IMG/VR virus record: IMGVR_UViG_3300021254_000030
DNA: 64,000 nt
From: a virus
Lineage: Duplodnaviria; Heunggongvirae; Uroviricota; Caudoviricetes
Strand: one strand, 5' to 3'
The translations under genes and the position numbers were made by a program. A model generated the notes under the pieces. It ran no database searches. It was not told the DNA's origin and saw only the letters and a list, made by a program, of their open reading frames with translations. Positions 8,856-17,464 of this stretch are shown in pieces; the stretch's first letter is position 1; each line of letters starts with the position of its first letter.

Positions 8856-9314
8856 AATGAATACCTCTTCCTTTCAAATGCTTTTGTTTTGTTATCTTAT
8901 GTATTTATTATAGCAAAGTTTTTTTTATTTGTCAATAGTTTTTTTATTTTTTTTCGGGCGGATGGCGCGCACATCCTTTTTTAGCCCTACCCATGTATTT
9001 GTGTCATTGCGGATGGGCGTCCGCTCAACTACTAAACTTCATAGGCTTCTCCTTTGCCTAGTCCCTCGTTTCACTGTAATAAGTATATCACAGTGGTTCT
9101 TCCGTGTCAAGCCTTTTTTAGTAATTTTTTAGGTTTCGCTTTGCGGTCGTTCCATGGCACTAACGGCAAAGGTACTTTTCGGGGCTGTGCTAACCGTCTT
9201 GACTTTCGGCTCTCTCCCTCTCTCATTTTGTAATTAAATTATAACAGAATTTTTTTTATTTTGCAAGTACGAATATCGGGAAATTTTTTATCGGAAATTT
9301 GTTTAAAGTTTTAC

Positions 9315-9377
9315 TTGACAAATAGGCTGGAGTTGTGGTATAATGGATTTTTGGCGCGCATCGGTCGATGCGCGCCC
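9315..9377 (+). promoter_or_regulatory. rightward promoter plus GC hairpin (copy 4)
   Basis: TTGACA 9315-9320, TATAAT 9339-9344, hairpin GGCGCGCATCG GTC GATGCGCGCC at 9353-9376. Confidence 0.5.
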
Positions 9378-9408
9378 GACCAGTTTTTTATACCAGTCGG
9401 GCGTATTT

Positions 9409-9603
9409 TTATTTCTTAATTTTAATAGAATCTAAAATACTGTTATATAAATTAGTATAATCATCGTTACTCATAGCCAAAAAAGCCTTTGCTCCAAAAA
9501 AGTTTTCAAGAACTTTATTAACAGCTTCTATTGCTTCGGTGCAAAGGTCTTTTGAATCAAAACTAATTGAAAAGATTTTCTTTTCCGCATCATAATTAAA
9601 CAT
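9409..9603 (-). CDS. hypothetical protein
   Basis: Track ORF. Paralogous C-terminus with 9623..9826 (LYNSILDSIK versus LFNAILDAVK). Terminator CCCGACTGGTATAAAAAACTGGTCGGG. Confidence 0.45.
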   Translation of the reverse strand: MFNYDAEKKIFSISFDSKDLCTEAIEAVNKVLENFFGAKAFLAMSNDDYTNLYNSILDSIKIKK

Positions 9604-9622
9604 TCTTAATCCCCCTTTTCAA

Positions 9623-9826
9623 TCACTCATAATCAAAGTTTTCATTCTTTTCTTTTACGGCATCAAGGATTGCATTGAAGAGTTCTGCGAAGTTATTAGC
9701 AGGAAGATATACATCTGCATGCCCGTAAACGGTTTTAATAGCTACAAGGGCTCGCTCATAAATTTCATCTGTTAATTCATCCGGAATTGTCAGGTTAAGG
9801 TTGTTAAAAGTGATAGTTTTATCCAT
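9623..9826 (-). CDS. hypothetical protein
   Basis: 67-aa track ORF. Confidence 0.45.
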   Translation of the reverse strand: MDKTITFNNLNLTIPDELTDEIYERALVAIKTVYGHADVYLPANNFAELFNAILDAVKEKNENFDYE

Positions 9827-9829
9827 ATG

Positions 9830-10054
9830 TTACTCTCCTTCCTCTTCTTCTTCTGTGAAATCTAATTCTCTTAATTTTTCATAGCCCCATTTATCAAGAG
9901 CATTAGTTACTTCGCCAAGCAAACAAACATAAAAGAAATCAAATGTTTCATTACACTGAAGATTTTCAGGAACTTCAGTATCATAAACTTTAATCATTTC
10001 TAATATAGCTTTAGCACTGGCTTGACGGATATGACGAATTTCAGCAGGTGTCAT
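9830..10054 (-). CDS. hypothetical protein
   Basis: 74-aa track ORF with acidic tail. Confidence 0.45.
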   Translation of the reverse strand: MTPAEIRHIRQASAKAILEMIKVYDTEVPENLQCNETFDFFYVCLLGEVTNALDKWGYEKLRELDFTEEEEEGE

Positions 10055-10100
10055 GTTTTTATCTCCTTTGCTTTTGTTGATGATATTATTATATCATTTT

Positions 10101-10274
10101 TCAATAAGAAGTCAATACCTTTTTTAAAAAAAGTTTGTCTTTTCTGCGGGCGGCCCTGCGGAAACGCTTCTCTAAAGCATTTTTATTAGCATCGTGGGGA
10201 AGAATCTGTCGGCAGTTTAAAGCCCATGCCGTCATGTTTTTTACTGTTAATCTCTTGAAATAATCTTTAGTCAT
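10101..10274 (-). CDS. small basic hypothetical protein (57 aa)
   Basis: ATG at 10274, MTKDYFKRLTVKNM... Confidence 0.3.
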   Translation of the reverse strand: MTKDYFKRLTVKNMTAWALNCRQILPHDANKNALEKRFRRAARRKDKLFLKKVLTSY

Positions 10275-10370
10275 TTTATTTCCCCCTTTCTGAATAAAAG
10301 TATATCAAAAAATAAAGAAAAAGTCAACTATTTTGGGAAAAATATTTTTTATTTTTTTCTGCGGAAAAGC

Positions 10371-10444
10371 CTTGACAAAAAGACACACGTGTGATATAAT
10401 GGAAAACTTGGCGCGCGGCAGAGTGCAACGGCCAGCCGCGCGCC
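10371..10444 (+). promoter_or_regulatory. rightward promoter plus GC hairpin (copy 5)
   Basis: TTGACA 10371-10376, a 17-nt spacer, TATAAT 10394-10399, hairpin TGGCGCGCGGC...GCCGCGCGCCA at 10408-10444. Confidence 0.55.
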
Positions 10445-10465
10445 ATTCACATATATGAACTACAT

Positions 10466-10505
10466 ACGGGTAAAAAATCCAGTAAACTGAAATTCAGTTT
10501 ACTGG
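10466..10505. terminator. intrinsic terminator
   Basis: CCAGTAAACTGAAATTCAGTTTACTGG hairpin with flanking A/T runs. Confidence 0.5.
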
Positions 10506-10515
10506 ATTCAGTGGT

Positions 10516-10902
10516 TTACTTTTTAGGGGGGCGGTGCTTAACCAGTTTGACGGTATACGAATTACCGTTGAAGGTGAAACTGAATTCCGCTTCGTTCTTC
10601 ACACTGGACACCGCACCGCCGAACGCTTCAACGGCTGTTTTGATTGCGGTCAGCAGACCACCCTTTTCCGTATCCACCTTGCGCTCCCTCGTTGTTTTCT
10701 TCCTGGGGGCGTCAGACTTTTCATATCGTCTGTTGGCTTTTGCTTTTTCGGTCATGGCGTCCGCTTCCTCGTTGCTGATGTAATCATGGTCATCGAGCCA
10801 TGTTTCGATAGCCTCTTGAGTGGACAGGTCAAGGCTTGTTTTCAGCTTTTCAATATCCTTGTCAGGGATATTAATATCTTTCCCATTGAAATTGAATTTC
10901 AT
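10516..10902 (-). CDS. hypothetical protein
   Basis: 128-aa track ORF. Confidence 0.5.
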   Translation of the reverse strand: MKFNFNGKDINIPDKDIEKLKTSLDLSTQEAIETWLDDHDYISNEEADAMTEKAKANRRYEKSDAPRKKTTRERKVDTEKGGLLTAIKTAVEAFGGAVSSVKNEAEFSFTFNGNSYTVKLVKHRPPKK

Positions 10903-10971
10903 TTGAAACCCCCTTTAAAAACGGCTTTTTTGTTTTTCTATAAAAAATTTTATCAAAAAATTTTTATTTTG

Positions 10972-11664
10972 TCAAGCGGAAAAAAGCCGTTTTTCCATTT
11001 TCTTGTGCTGTCTAAAGCAATGGGCCATAATTTTAGTTTCGATTAAAACGTCCTCAAGTCCTGTATGGGATTCATCAAAATCATTAATTCCAGAAATATA
11101 TCTGTAAAGAATTTCGGCTGTAAGCCTAACCTGTGGCGTTTTGTGTTTTGTCATGTAGCCGTTGCGGATACAATATCTTTTATAGCTTGCCTGTTTTCCA
11201 ATTGTCTGTCGTGCCATTTTCAAAGTGTCCCAAATTTCCATGTTGTAAGGGAAAAAGAAACGCTTATTGGACTTTGTGACCCATCGGATAGTATTTGTAA
11301 GTGCTTTCCAGTCAAAACGTGCATTATGAGCAAAAATTGCGGAAACGCCATACTCTTTAATGTCAGACCAAAAAGCATTGTACATAGTCTGAAATCTAAC
11401 CAACTTCCGCTGTCCGCTCTTTACCTGCTCCCAATACATGGGAATTTTTTCAGCGTAGTATGCGGACTGCATAACGTCTTTCATGGCGACAAAAACTTCA
11501 TAAATCAGAAATGAGCGTGTCTTATAGATTCTACCTCTTTTGTCGGTAATCGCCCATCCAATATCGTAGACAATAGACTGGGACAGGTCCAGTTTATCAT
11601 CTACCATAATACCATTGCAAGTTTCAGTGTCCAGTCCCATAAGATACTTAATGCGCTTATCCAT
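10972..11664 (-). CDS. DnaQ-like 3'-5' exonuclease (DEDDh family)
   Basis: GLDTET (Exo I), FAHNARFD (Exo II) and HTGLEDV (Exo III). Start trimmed to MDKRIKYLMGLD. Confidence 0.65.
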   Translation of the reverse strand: MDKRIKYLMGLDTETCNGIMVDDKLDLSQSIVYDIGWAITDKRGRIYKTRSFLIYEVFVAMKDVMQSAYYAEKIPMYWEQVKSGQRKLVRFQTMYNAFWSDIKEYGVSAIFAHNARFDWKALTNTIRWVTKSNKRFFFPYNMEIWDTLKMARQTIGKQASYKRYCIRNGYMTKHKTPQVRLTAEILYRYISGINDFDESHTGLEDVLIETKIMAHCFRQHKKMEKRLFSA

Positions 11665-11747
11665 TCTATTTCTTTCCTTTCTGTGCTTTCCTCTTGACAA
11701 TTATTATTATAAGCGATAGGGTGCGGAAAAGCAAGGATTTTTTTCAA

Positions 11748-11866
11748 AAAATCTGCACAAATTTCGGGGGATCTAGTAAATAAAATTTGTGCAGATTTTT
11801 ACTTGACAAAAAGCTGGCAGGTATGGTATAATGGAAATTTCGCCGCGGCCCGGAGGACCGCGGCGC
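11748..11866 (+). promoter_or_regulatory. rightward operator-promoter-GC-hairpin module (copy 6)
   Basis: Inverted repeat CTGCACAAATTTCGGGGGATC...AATTTGTGCAG. TTGACA 11803-11808, TATAAT 11827-11832, hairpin CGCCGCGG CCCGGAGGA CCGCGGCG at 11841-11865. Points into the tRNA and paralog 2. Confidence 0.55.
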
Positions 11867-11937
11867 GAGCAAAAAAATAGGGCCGGTATTTCTACCGACC
11901 CACACACAGAAAGGAGGACAAATAATAGTTAGTCAAG

Positions 11938-12010
11938 CGTGCCCGAGGGGGATTGAACCCCTGACCCTCTGTTTAACAGACAGATGCTCTACCAACTGAG
12001 CTACAGACAC
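11938..12010 (-). tRNA. tRNA-Asn (anticodon GTT)
   Basis: The reverse complement folds as a cloverleaf: acceptor GTGTCTG/CGGGCAC (two G-U pairs), D-arm GCTCAGTTGGTAGAGC, anticodon stem TCTGT/ACAGA with loop CTGTTAA, T-arm AGGGG TTCAATC CCCCT. No CCA encoded. Terminator hairpin downstream. Confidence 0.8.
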
Positions 12011-12052
12011 TTATAAGCGGTTTTAAGGGATGACCGCAAACCCCCGAAAGGA

Positions 12053-12454
12053 TTAAGCGTCCTCGCCCTCGGACGCCTCAGCATCAGGGGCGACAAACTC
12101 TGTACCTGCGATAGCATACAGGGTGCGCTTCTTGTACACAGTCTTTACGACCTGCTCTGCCTTTACAAGCTGACCCAGGAGAGCCCCCATCTTCTGAGTG
12201 GACAGACCCTTGGGCAGACGGCTATCTTCTATCAGGTCAGCCATAGGAACAAAGTCCTCGACCTCTCCCAGAATCTCAAGGATAGTTGCCTTGAGAACCT
12301 CGTTCTCCTTCTGAGCCTTGGTGGGCCCGCCCTTAGAACCACGCTTTGCAAGCTGAGCCTTGAGAGCGGTAAGGCGGTCAGTAGCCTCGGGATTGGAATC
12401 GCCCAGAGCCTTGATTGCGAAGTCGATAGCAACAGCGTAAGTCATGTTAGTCAT
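12053..12454 (-). CDS. paralog-family protein 2
   Basis: MTNMTYAVAIDFAIKALGDSN...KRGSKGGPTKAQKENEVLK. Co-transcribed with the tRNA. Confidence 0.55.
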   Translation of the reverse strand: MTNMTYAVAIDFAIKALGDSNPEATDRLTALKAQLAKRGSKGGPTKAQKENEVLKATILEILGEVEDFVPMADLIEDSRLPKGLSTQKMGALLGQLVKAEQVVKTVYKKRTLYAIAGTEFVAPDAEASEGEDA

Positions 12455-12784
12455 ACTTTTTTCTCCTTTTTGATGATTTGATGTGTTTTTGTTTTCCTTT
12501 ATCTTATGTATTTATTATATCATAAGATTTTTTCTTTGTCAACAATTTTTTTTTATTTTTTTTCGTAAGTATGGCGCCAATGCTTACTACCTTTTATCTC
12601 TTTTCTCGCCAAAGAGAACGGACAGGTAATCCTTGAAACGCCATTTAGTCTATTTCCTTTTCCTTTTAAAGGTGGCTCTCAAATGGTAATCTGCCGAAAC
12701 AAGGAGTTCTTCTTTTAATTCCTCTCTCCCTTGGAACAATTATATTTTATCAAAATTTTTTAAAAAACACAATACCGGAATATT

Positions 12785-12905
12785 ACACAAATTACGGGAT
12801 CTGGACAGAGATAAGTTTGTGCAGTTTTTCGCTTGACAAAATCTCCAGCGTGTGTTATAATTGAAATTTCGCGGCGCGGTCGAGTGAAGCGTACGACCGC
12901 GCCGC
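12785..12905 (+). promoter_or_regulatory. rightward operator-promoter-GC-hairpin module (copy 7)
   Basis: Inverted repeat ACACAAATTACGGGATC...TTTGTGCAG. TTGACA 12833-12838, a 17-nt spacer, TATAAT 12856-12861, hairpin GCGGCGCGGTCG...CGACCGCGCCGC at 12871-12905. The minus-strand terminator GGGGGCTAATAAGCCCCC (12919-12936) follows. Confidence 0.55.
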
Positions 12906-12945
12906 GGGCAAAAAAAATGGGGGCTAATAAGCCCCCTATCTGAAC

Positions 12946-13395
12946 CTACGCAATCAGAGCGGACAGCGCAGGAATGATATTTTCAGTTGCGTTGATAGTG
13001 TCTCCCAGATGCCAACCATTACGGACCTTTTCGTTGTCATCTACCAAAATCTGAAAGCCCCCGAGGTGGCGAGTGCAATTAGCCTTGGTAGTGCCATATT
13101 TGACGAGGTGGAGTTCATCGAAAGGGAAGTCGTAGCGGTCAAGCCATGCCTTTTTTGCGGCTCTCACCTTTGCGTCATATTCAGGGGTAGAATCTTTAGC
13201 AAGCCACGAAGTAACAACGATGCGCCATCCATCATTCCGCAGAACCCACAAGATAGCGGTCAGGAGTACCATGTCATAAAGGGGCTGTGCTTTTTCATAA
13301 GGAGTAGGGTCTTCCGTATTGAGCATCCGAAGCCATCCATCGACACCATACAGGTCAGCGATTGTACCATCCATATCGAATACGAGTGTTTTCAT
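12946..13395 (-). CDS. HAD-superfamily 5'(3')-deoxyribonucleotidase-like
   Basis: FDMDGTIADL (HAD motif I) with later Asp motifs. 149 aa. Confidence 0.6.
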   Translation of the reverse strand: MKTLVFDMDGTIADLYGVDGWLRMLNTEDPTPYEKAQPLYDMVLLTAILWVLRNDGWRIVVTSWLAKDSTPEYDAKVRAAKKAWLDRYDFPFDELHLVKYGTTKANCTRHLGGFQILVDDNEKVRNGWHLGDTINATENIIPALSALIA

Positions 13396-13457
13396 TTTGT
13401 TATCTCCTTTCCTTTTGTTGATTATATATTATCACGTTACATGGAATTTGTCAATAG

Positions 13458-13682
13458 TTATTTTAAAAAATTTATGATTAAAGCAAGTGTCAATCCGCTA
13501 AAAATTGCATCTTTTACTTTGTCCGCAACTGGATTCTTTATGATGAATCCTCTTGTAAACATAATAATATTGGATACAAGATAGCAAGATTGCCCTAAAA
13601 GGTAATATTTACCAATTGTAATTTGAGCAATAGCAAGCAAAGCGATAACAAAATACATAGAATTTTCAGCAATTTTTTTCAT
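13458..13682 (-). CDS. small membrane protein
   Basis: Two hydrophobic helices in 74 aa. Confidence 0.4.
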   Translation of the reverse strand: MKKIAENSMYFVIALLAIAQITIGKYYLLGQSCYLVSNIIMFTRGFIIKNPVADKVKDAIFSGLTLALIINFLK

Positions 13683-13737
13683 TTTATTGTCTCCTTCTCC
13701 TTTGATAATTATATATTATCATACATTGGAGAGGTTG

Positions 13738-14076
13738 TCAAGTAGTTTCTTCCCAATCTTTAGGATTATACTGTAAAGACAACCATACTTGCATAGACAC
13801 ATTGCGCGGTCTGCCTTTCTTTTCCCATTCTCCATTAGGCATATGCCAGTTTTCCCAAAACCAGATAGAAGGATTGTCTTTTATTGTTCTTTTTCCAGAT
13901 TTACAACCTTTTGCCATGTTCCCGGCATTAGGACTAACAGATAACGCCCATTTCTCCCACGCATGATAGACTTTATGGACAAAAGAAGAAAATTCTGGAA
14001 AAGTATAAATAGAAATAAGTAGCGAAGCAATATCTCTTTCAGTCAGATTCTTAGTAATATATTCAAAATTTGTCAT
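13738..14076 (-). CDS. hypothetical protein
   Basis: Track ORF trimmed to MTNFEYITKNL. Confidence 0.45.
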   Translation of the reverse strand: MTNFEYITKNLTERDIASLLISIYTFPEFSSFVHKVYHAWEKWALSVSPNAGNMAKGCKSGKRTIKDNPSIWFWENWHMPNGEWEKKGRPRNVSMQVWLSLQYNPKDWEETT

Positions 14077-14162
14077 TTTGCTATCTCCTTTTATTTTTTG
14101 TGCTTTCCTCTTGACAATTATTATTATAAGGGATAGGCTCAAAAAACACAATAGACAGAATG

Positions 14163-14285
14163 TACAAATTTCGGGATCAAATTTTGTTTATTTTTTTATC
14201 ATTTTTCTCTTGACAAAAAGGCCGGCGGTATGGTATAATGGAATCCCGGCCCGCAGCGGAGCCAAACGCGCAGCCGCGGGCCGGG
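14163..14285 (+). promoter_or_regulatory. rightward operator-promoter-GC-hairpin module (copy 8)
   Basis: TACAAATTTCGGGATC half-site. TTGACA 14210-14215, TATAAT 14234-14239, GC hairpin 14246-14285. Terminator GGGGTAGCAACTTTTAAGGTTGCTACCCC at 14291-14320. Confidence 0.5.
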
Positions 14286-14328
14286 CACAACAGGGGTAGC
14301 AACTTTTAAGGTTGCTACCCCTTTGAGT

Positions 14329-14712
14329 TTATTGGTCAGCATCCTCTGCGGAAGCATCGTCCGCAAGGGAGTAGACCACATGCTTCTTATCCTTGCCCTT
14401 GACGACCTTGCCGTCCTGAGCAAGCTGACGAATCAGTGCCCCGAGTTTCTGGGTGGACATACCGTCAGGCAGTCGGGGGTCAGAAATCAGCTTGGACATG
14501 CCGACAGGCTCTTCCGCCTCTGCGAGAATATCGAGAATCATGCTCTTGAGGACTTCGTTCTCTTTCTGGGTCTTGGTAGGGCCACTCTTGCTTCCACGTT
14601 TTGCCAGCTGTGCCTTGAGGGCTTCCAATCTCTCCTGGGCGTCCTTATGGGAGTCACCCATAACCTCAAGTGCAACGTTGATAGCTTCTGCATAAGTCAT
14701 AACATTTGCCAT
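14329..14712 (-). CDS. paralog-family protein 3
   Basis: MANVMTYAEAINVALEVMGDSH...KRGSKSGPTKTQKENEVLK. Confidence 0.55.
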   Translation of the reverse strand: MANVMTYAEAINVALEVMGDSHKDAQERLEALKAQLAKRGSKSGPTKTQKENEVLKSMILDILAEAEEPVGMSKLISDPRLPDGMSTQKLGALIRQLAQDGKVVKGKDKKHVVYSLADDASAEDADQ

Positions 14713-14943
14713 AGTGTTTTTCTCCTTTTCTGATGTGAAGTTTTGTTTTCCTTTGATGATGTTATTATATCAAAGTTTTAAGTTTCTGTCAAGGCTTTTT
14801 TTGAAAGTTTTTTCAACTTTTTCTATCAAGCATCCCACCAGATACATACGCCCGTAGCGGAATACCTGCCCAGTAAGTGATTTCCTTTCCCTTACCTTGT
14901 AAATACATTATAGCAAAATTTTTTAAAATCCGCAAGTCGGAAT

Positions 14944-15070
14944 ATTGCACAAATTACGGGATCGTAAGTGTTCAAAGTTTGTGCAAATTGCCGATTGATT
15001 TTTTTCTGGTGGGGGTGGTATAATTGAATTTTCGCCGCGCGGTCGCTAGGGACGTACGACCGCGCGGCGG
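14944..15070 (+). promoter_or_regulatory. rightward operator-promoter-GC-hairpin module (copy 9)
   Basis: Inverted repeat TTGCACAAATTACGGGATC...TTTGTGCAA. TTGATT 14994-14999, TATAAT 15018-15023, hairpin CGCCGCGCGGTCG...CGACCGCGCGGCG at 15033-15070. Confidence 0.5.
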
Positions 15071-15114
15071 GCAAAAAAAGGCAGAGGAATTATCCTCTGC
15101 CTTGTGGGGGAAGA

Positions 15115-15288
15115 TTACCTTCCCTGTTTGATGAAGCAACCCAGGCACTCGAAAGTGCCGTCCCCGACCTGCTTAACGCCCGACAGATTCAGAATGAACA
15201 GCCCGCAGGACTCGATAGCCTGACGGATAACAGGAGCCTCGATAGAAGCGGCGTTGATAGTGACAGAGTAGATTGCGAAATTCATCAT
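15115..15288 (-). CDS. small hypothetical protein
   Basis: Track ORF trimmed to MMNFAIYSV. Terminator AAGGCAGAGGAATTATCCTCTGCCTT downstream. Confidence 0.4.
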   Translation of the reverse strand: MMNFAIYSVTINAASIEAPVIRQAIESCGLFILNLSGVKQVGDGTFECLGCFIKQGR

Positions 15289-15713
15289 AGCTTTTTCTCC
15301 TTTTCTGTTGTGGTGTTTTTGATGATTCAATTATACTGTAAAAGATTTGCTTTGTCAATAAATTTTTACTAACACCGCAAAACTTATTAATCGCAGACTA
15401 CGGTATGGCTAACCGACAAGGAATCCAACCTTTACAATTAAAAGCCTGTGCACCGACTTATAATTGCTAATAAGTTTTGCCGTGTTAGTAAAAATTTATT
15501 GCGTCCATCCTACCAGCCTGGGGGTTCCAGACGCTCCCCGCATGTTGCCTCACATTTATATACCGCAAAGTAGGACTTCGACTTGCGGTGGTGGGACTTT
15601 ATCAGGAAGACTTACTGCGACAACTGGGCGTCTTGGGATTCCGTTCCCTTGCTTCCTTCCCTCACCTTATGTATTTATTATAGCACCTTTCGGCAACTAT
15701 GTCAATACCTTTT

Positions 15714-15935
15714 TTATTTTATTATCAAAAGATGATGATTAGGTAAATTGTGATGCCATACTTTAATGACTAAATCGTCACTCCATCCGGAAAAAGTATC
15801 CATAAAGGCGGTTTTATTAAGATAATAGGTTTTAGGAAAAAGTCCCTTTTCTTTATTAGCTTCCTCTGAACGAAGTGCAAAAACAGCTTCTTCATCATTA
15901 CCAAGAAAATCAATCCATTCTTTAACTGTTCTCAT
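15714..15935 (-). CDS. hypothetical protein
   Basis: Track ORF trimmed to MRTVKEWIDF with RBS AGAGGAAAGTAAT. Confidence 0.45.
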   Translation of the reverse strand: MRTVKEWIDFLGNDEEAVFALRSEEANKEKGLFPKTYYLNKTAFMDTFSGWSDDLVIKVWHHNLPNHHLLIIK

Positions 15936-16010
15936 ATTACTTTCCTCTCTGTGCTTTCCTCTTGACAATTATTATTATAGCAGATTTTAATAAAAACACA
16001 AGTGGTAATA

Positions 16011-16133
16011 ATGCACAAATTACGGGATCTAAAAGGATTGATTTTTGTTTATTTTTCCTATTGACAAAAAGGCTGGCGGTATGGTATAATGAAAAGACAC
16101 CCCGCGCTGGCTGAGGGGCGCGCCAGCGCGGGG
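16011..16133 (+). promoter_or_regulatory. rightward operator-promoter-GC-hairpin module (copy 10)
   Basis: ATGCACAAATTACGGGATC half-site. TTGACA 16061-16066, TATAAT 16085-16090, hairpin CCCCGCGCTGGC..GCCAGCGCGGGG at 16100-16133. Confidence 0.55.
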
Positions 16134-16183
16134 CGGGCAAAAATCCATCCCCTATTTTTATAGGGGATGGAACAGAAAGGGGT

Positions 16184-16384
16184 TTACGCCTTAGGAGCGA
16201 CCGCCTTGAAGCGGACAAAGGGATGACGCTTGCCGGACTTGATGGCTTCCGCAAGGTACTTTTCCCTTGCCTCTTTTTCATCAGGGGGAGTGATTTCTAC
16301 AAGCTGAACGTATTTCTCGGGGAAAGGCATGTCCTTAACATCGTCATAGGTGAACAGGCCGCCAGCGTAGATAACTTTTCTCAT
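16184..16384 (-). CDS. hypothetical protein
   Basis: 66-aa track ORF. Early promoter TTGACA-17 nt-TAGAAT and RBS AAAAGGAGAAAATACT upstream. Terminator TCCATCCCCTATAAAAATAGGGGATGGA. Confidence 0.5.
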   Translation of the reverse strand: MRKVIYAGGLFTYDDVKDMPFPEKYVQLVEITPPDEKEAREKYLAEAIKSGKRHPFVRFKAVAPKA

Positions 16385-16447
16385 AGTATTTTCTCCTTTT
16401 CTTTTGATGATTATATTCTATCAGATAGAAAGTCTTTTGTCAATCCC

Positions 16448-16627
16448 TTAATTCATAATATATAAGGTTTTTCCGTCATGGCTCTTCCACAGTTCCCGAT
16501 GGTCCTTAGTAAAGCCCAAAAAAGAGACGGGGATATTCAGAACGGCGATAGTCTTAACCTGAATGTCAGGGTTTAAGTGATGCTTCTTTATAATCTCATT
16601 TTTTTCTTTCTTAGAAATCAGTGCCAT
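16448..16627 (-). CDS. small hypothetical protein
   Basis: Track ORF trimmed to MALISKKEKNEII with RBS AAAGGAGACC. The longer track version runs through the tandem repeats. Confidence 0.35.
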   Translation of the reverse strand: MALISKKEKNEIIKKHHLNPDIQVKTIAVLNIPVSFLGFTKDHRELWKSHDGKTLYIMN

Positions 16628-16649
16628 GTCAGGTCTCCTTTCTATTGTC

Positions 16650-16760
16650 ATATAGGCGGAAAGCACCACAGGTCTGTATGTGGATACCATACTTTCCGCA
16701 TATGAGAGAGCCACAGGTCTGTATGTGGATACCGCATCTCTCTTGGGGAGCACCACTGGT
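16650..16760. repeat. three tandem copies of a roughly 38-bp repeat (CCACAGGTCTGTATGTGGATACC core)
   Basis: Direct repeats at about 16653, 16698 and 16737, upstream of 16448..16627. Confidence 0.5.
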
Positions 16761-16844
16761 CTGTAGGTGGCGGATACCTTAGCTCCCCTCTGTGATTATA
16801 TATTAACATACCCTAGGGCCAAATGCAAGCATTTTTTATAAAAA

Positions 16845-16968
16845 TATTGCACAAAATTATGGGATTTCAACGTCTGACCTTTGTGCAGATTTCCAACTTG
16901 ACAAAATCTCAGCCACATGATATAATGGAACTTCGGGCCGCGGCGGTGAGAAGCAGTCCGCCGCGGCC
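16845..16968 (+). promoter_or_regulatory. rightward operator-promoter-GC-hairpin module (copy 11)
   Basis: Inverted repeat ATTGCACAAAATTATGGGAT...TTTGTGCAG. TTGACA 16897-16902, a 17-nt spacer, TATAAT 16920-16925, hairpin GGGCCGCGGCGG...CCGCCGCGGCCC at 16934-16968. Confidence 0.55.
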
Positions 16969-16994
16969 CGGCCAAATAGCCAGACCGCGGTTTT

Positions 16995-17183
16995 TTATTC
17001 CTCGTCATCCCAATCATCAGCTTCAAGAGCCATAGTCATCAGATGCGTGAGTTTTGTCTCATTCATTTCAGGGTCAAGTTCAACTTCATGGCAGAACCAG
17101 ATCGTGATAGGGTCTTCAAGACCAAGAACCTTTGCTACATTATCCATTGCCATGTTATTTCTATTAGTGATGTAATCTGTCAT
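16995..17183 (-). CDS. small acidic hypothetical protein
   Basis: 62-aa track ORF. Confidence 0.45.
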   Translation of the reverse strand: MTDYITNRNNMAMDNVAKVLGLEDPITIWFCHEVELDPEMNETKLTHLMTMALEADDWDDEE

Positions 17184-17464
17184 TTTTTTTATCTCCTTTC
17201 CTTTACTGTAATTATATTATATCAAAAAATTCTTTTTTTGTCAATAGTCTGGATTGATTTTTTTCATTTTTTGACGATTATAATCCTTTTTAGACTTGTG
17301 CGTGCGGATTCCAGTATTAAAAGGAATCAAAACACGTTTCTGTGCGTTTTTTGCTTTCCGCACCTTTTTGTTTTCGTTAATAGCCATGATCGTTATTCTC
17401 CTTTCTCTTGATGATTATATTATATCAAAGGGCTTGGCTTTTGTCAAGCCCTTTTTTAATTTTT

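Noticed and set aside
8382-8984. 200-aa plus-strand ORF starting right at the GGCGCGCC hairpin
   Set aside because: It is exactly antisense to paralog gene 8451-8855, L/R/S-rich with GC-skewed third positions, and has no RBS. It is a typical antisense shadow ORF.
10534-11046. 170-aa plus-strand ORF
   Set aside because: Antisense to 10516-10902 and to the exonuclease gene. No RBS or promoter context. Composition not protein-like.
11938-12010. tRNA as amber suppressor
   Set aside because: The anticodon loop is CTGTTAA (anticodon GTT, Asn). No CTA reading is possible with any stem register I tried.
13009-13584. 191-aa plus-strand ORF
   Set aside because: Antisense shadow of the HAD nucleotidase gene 12946-13395.
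14323-14733. 136-aa plus-strand ORF
   Set aside because: Antisense shadow of paralog 3.
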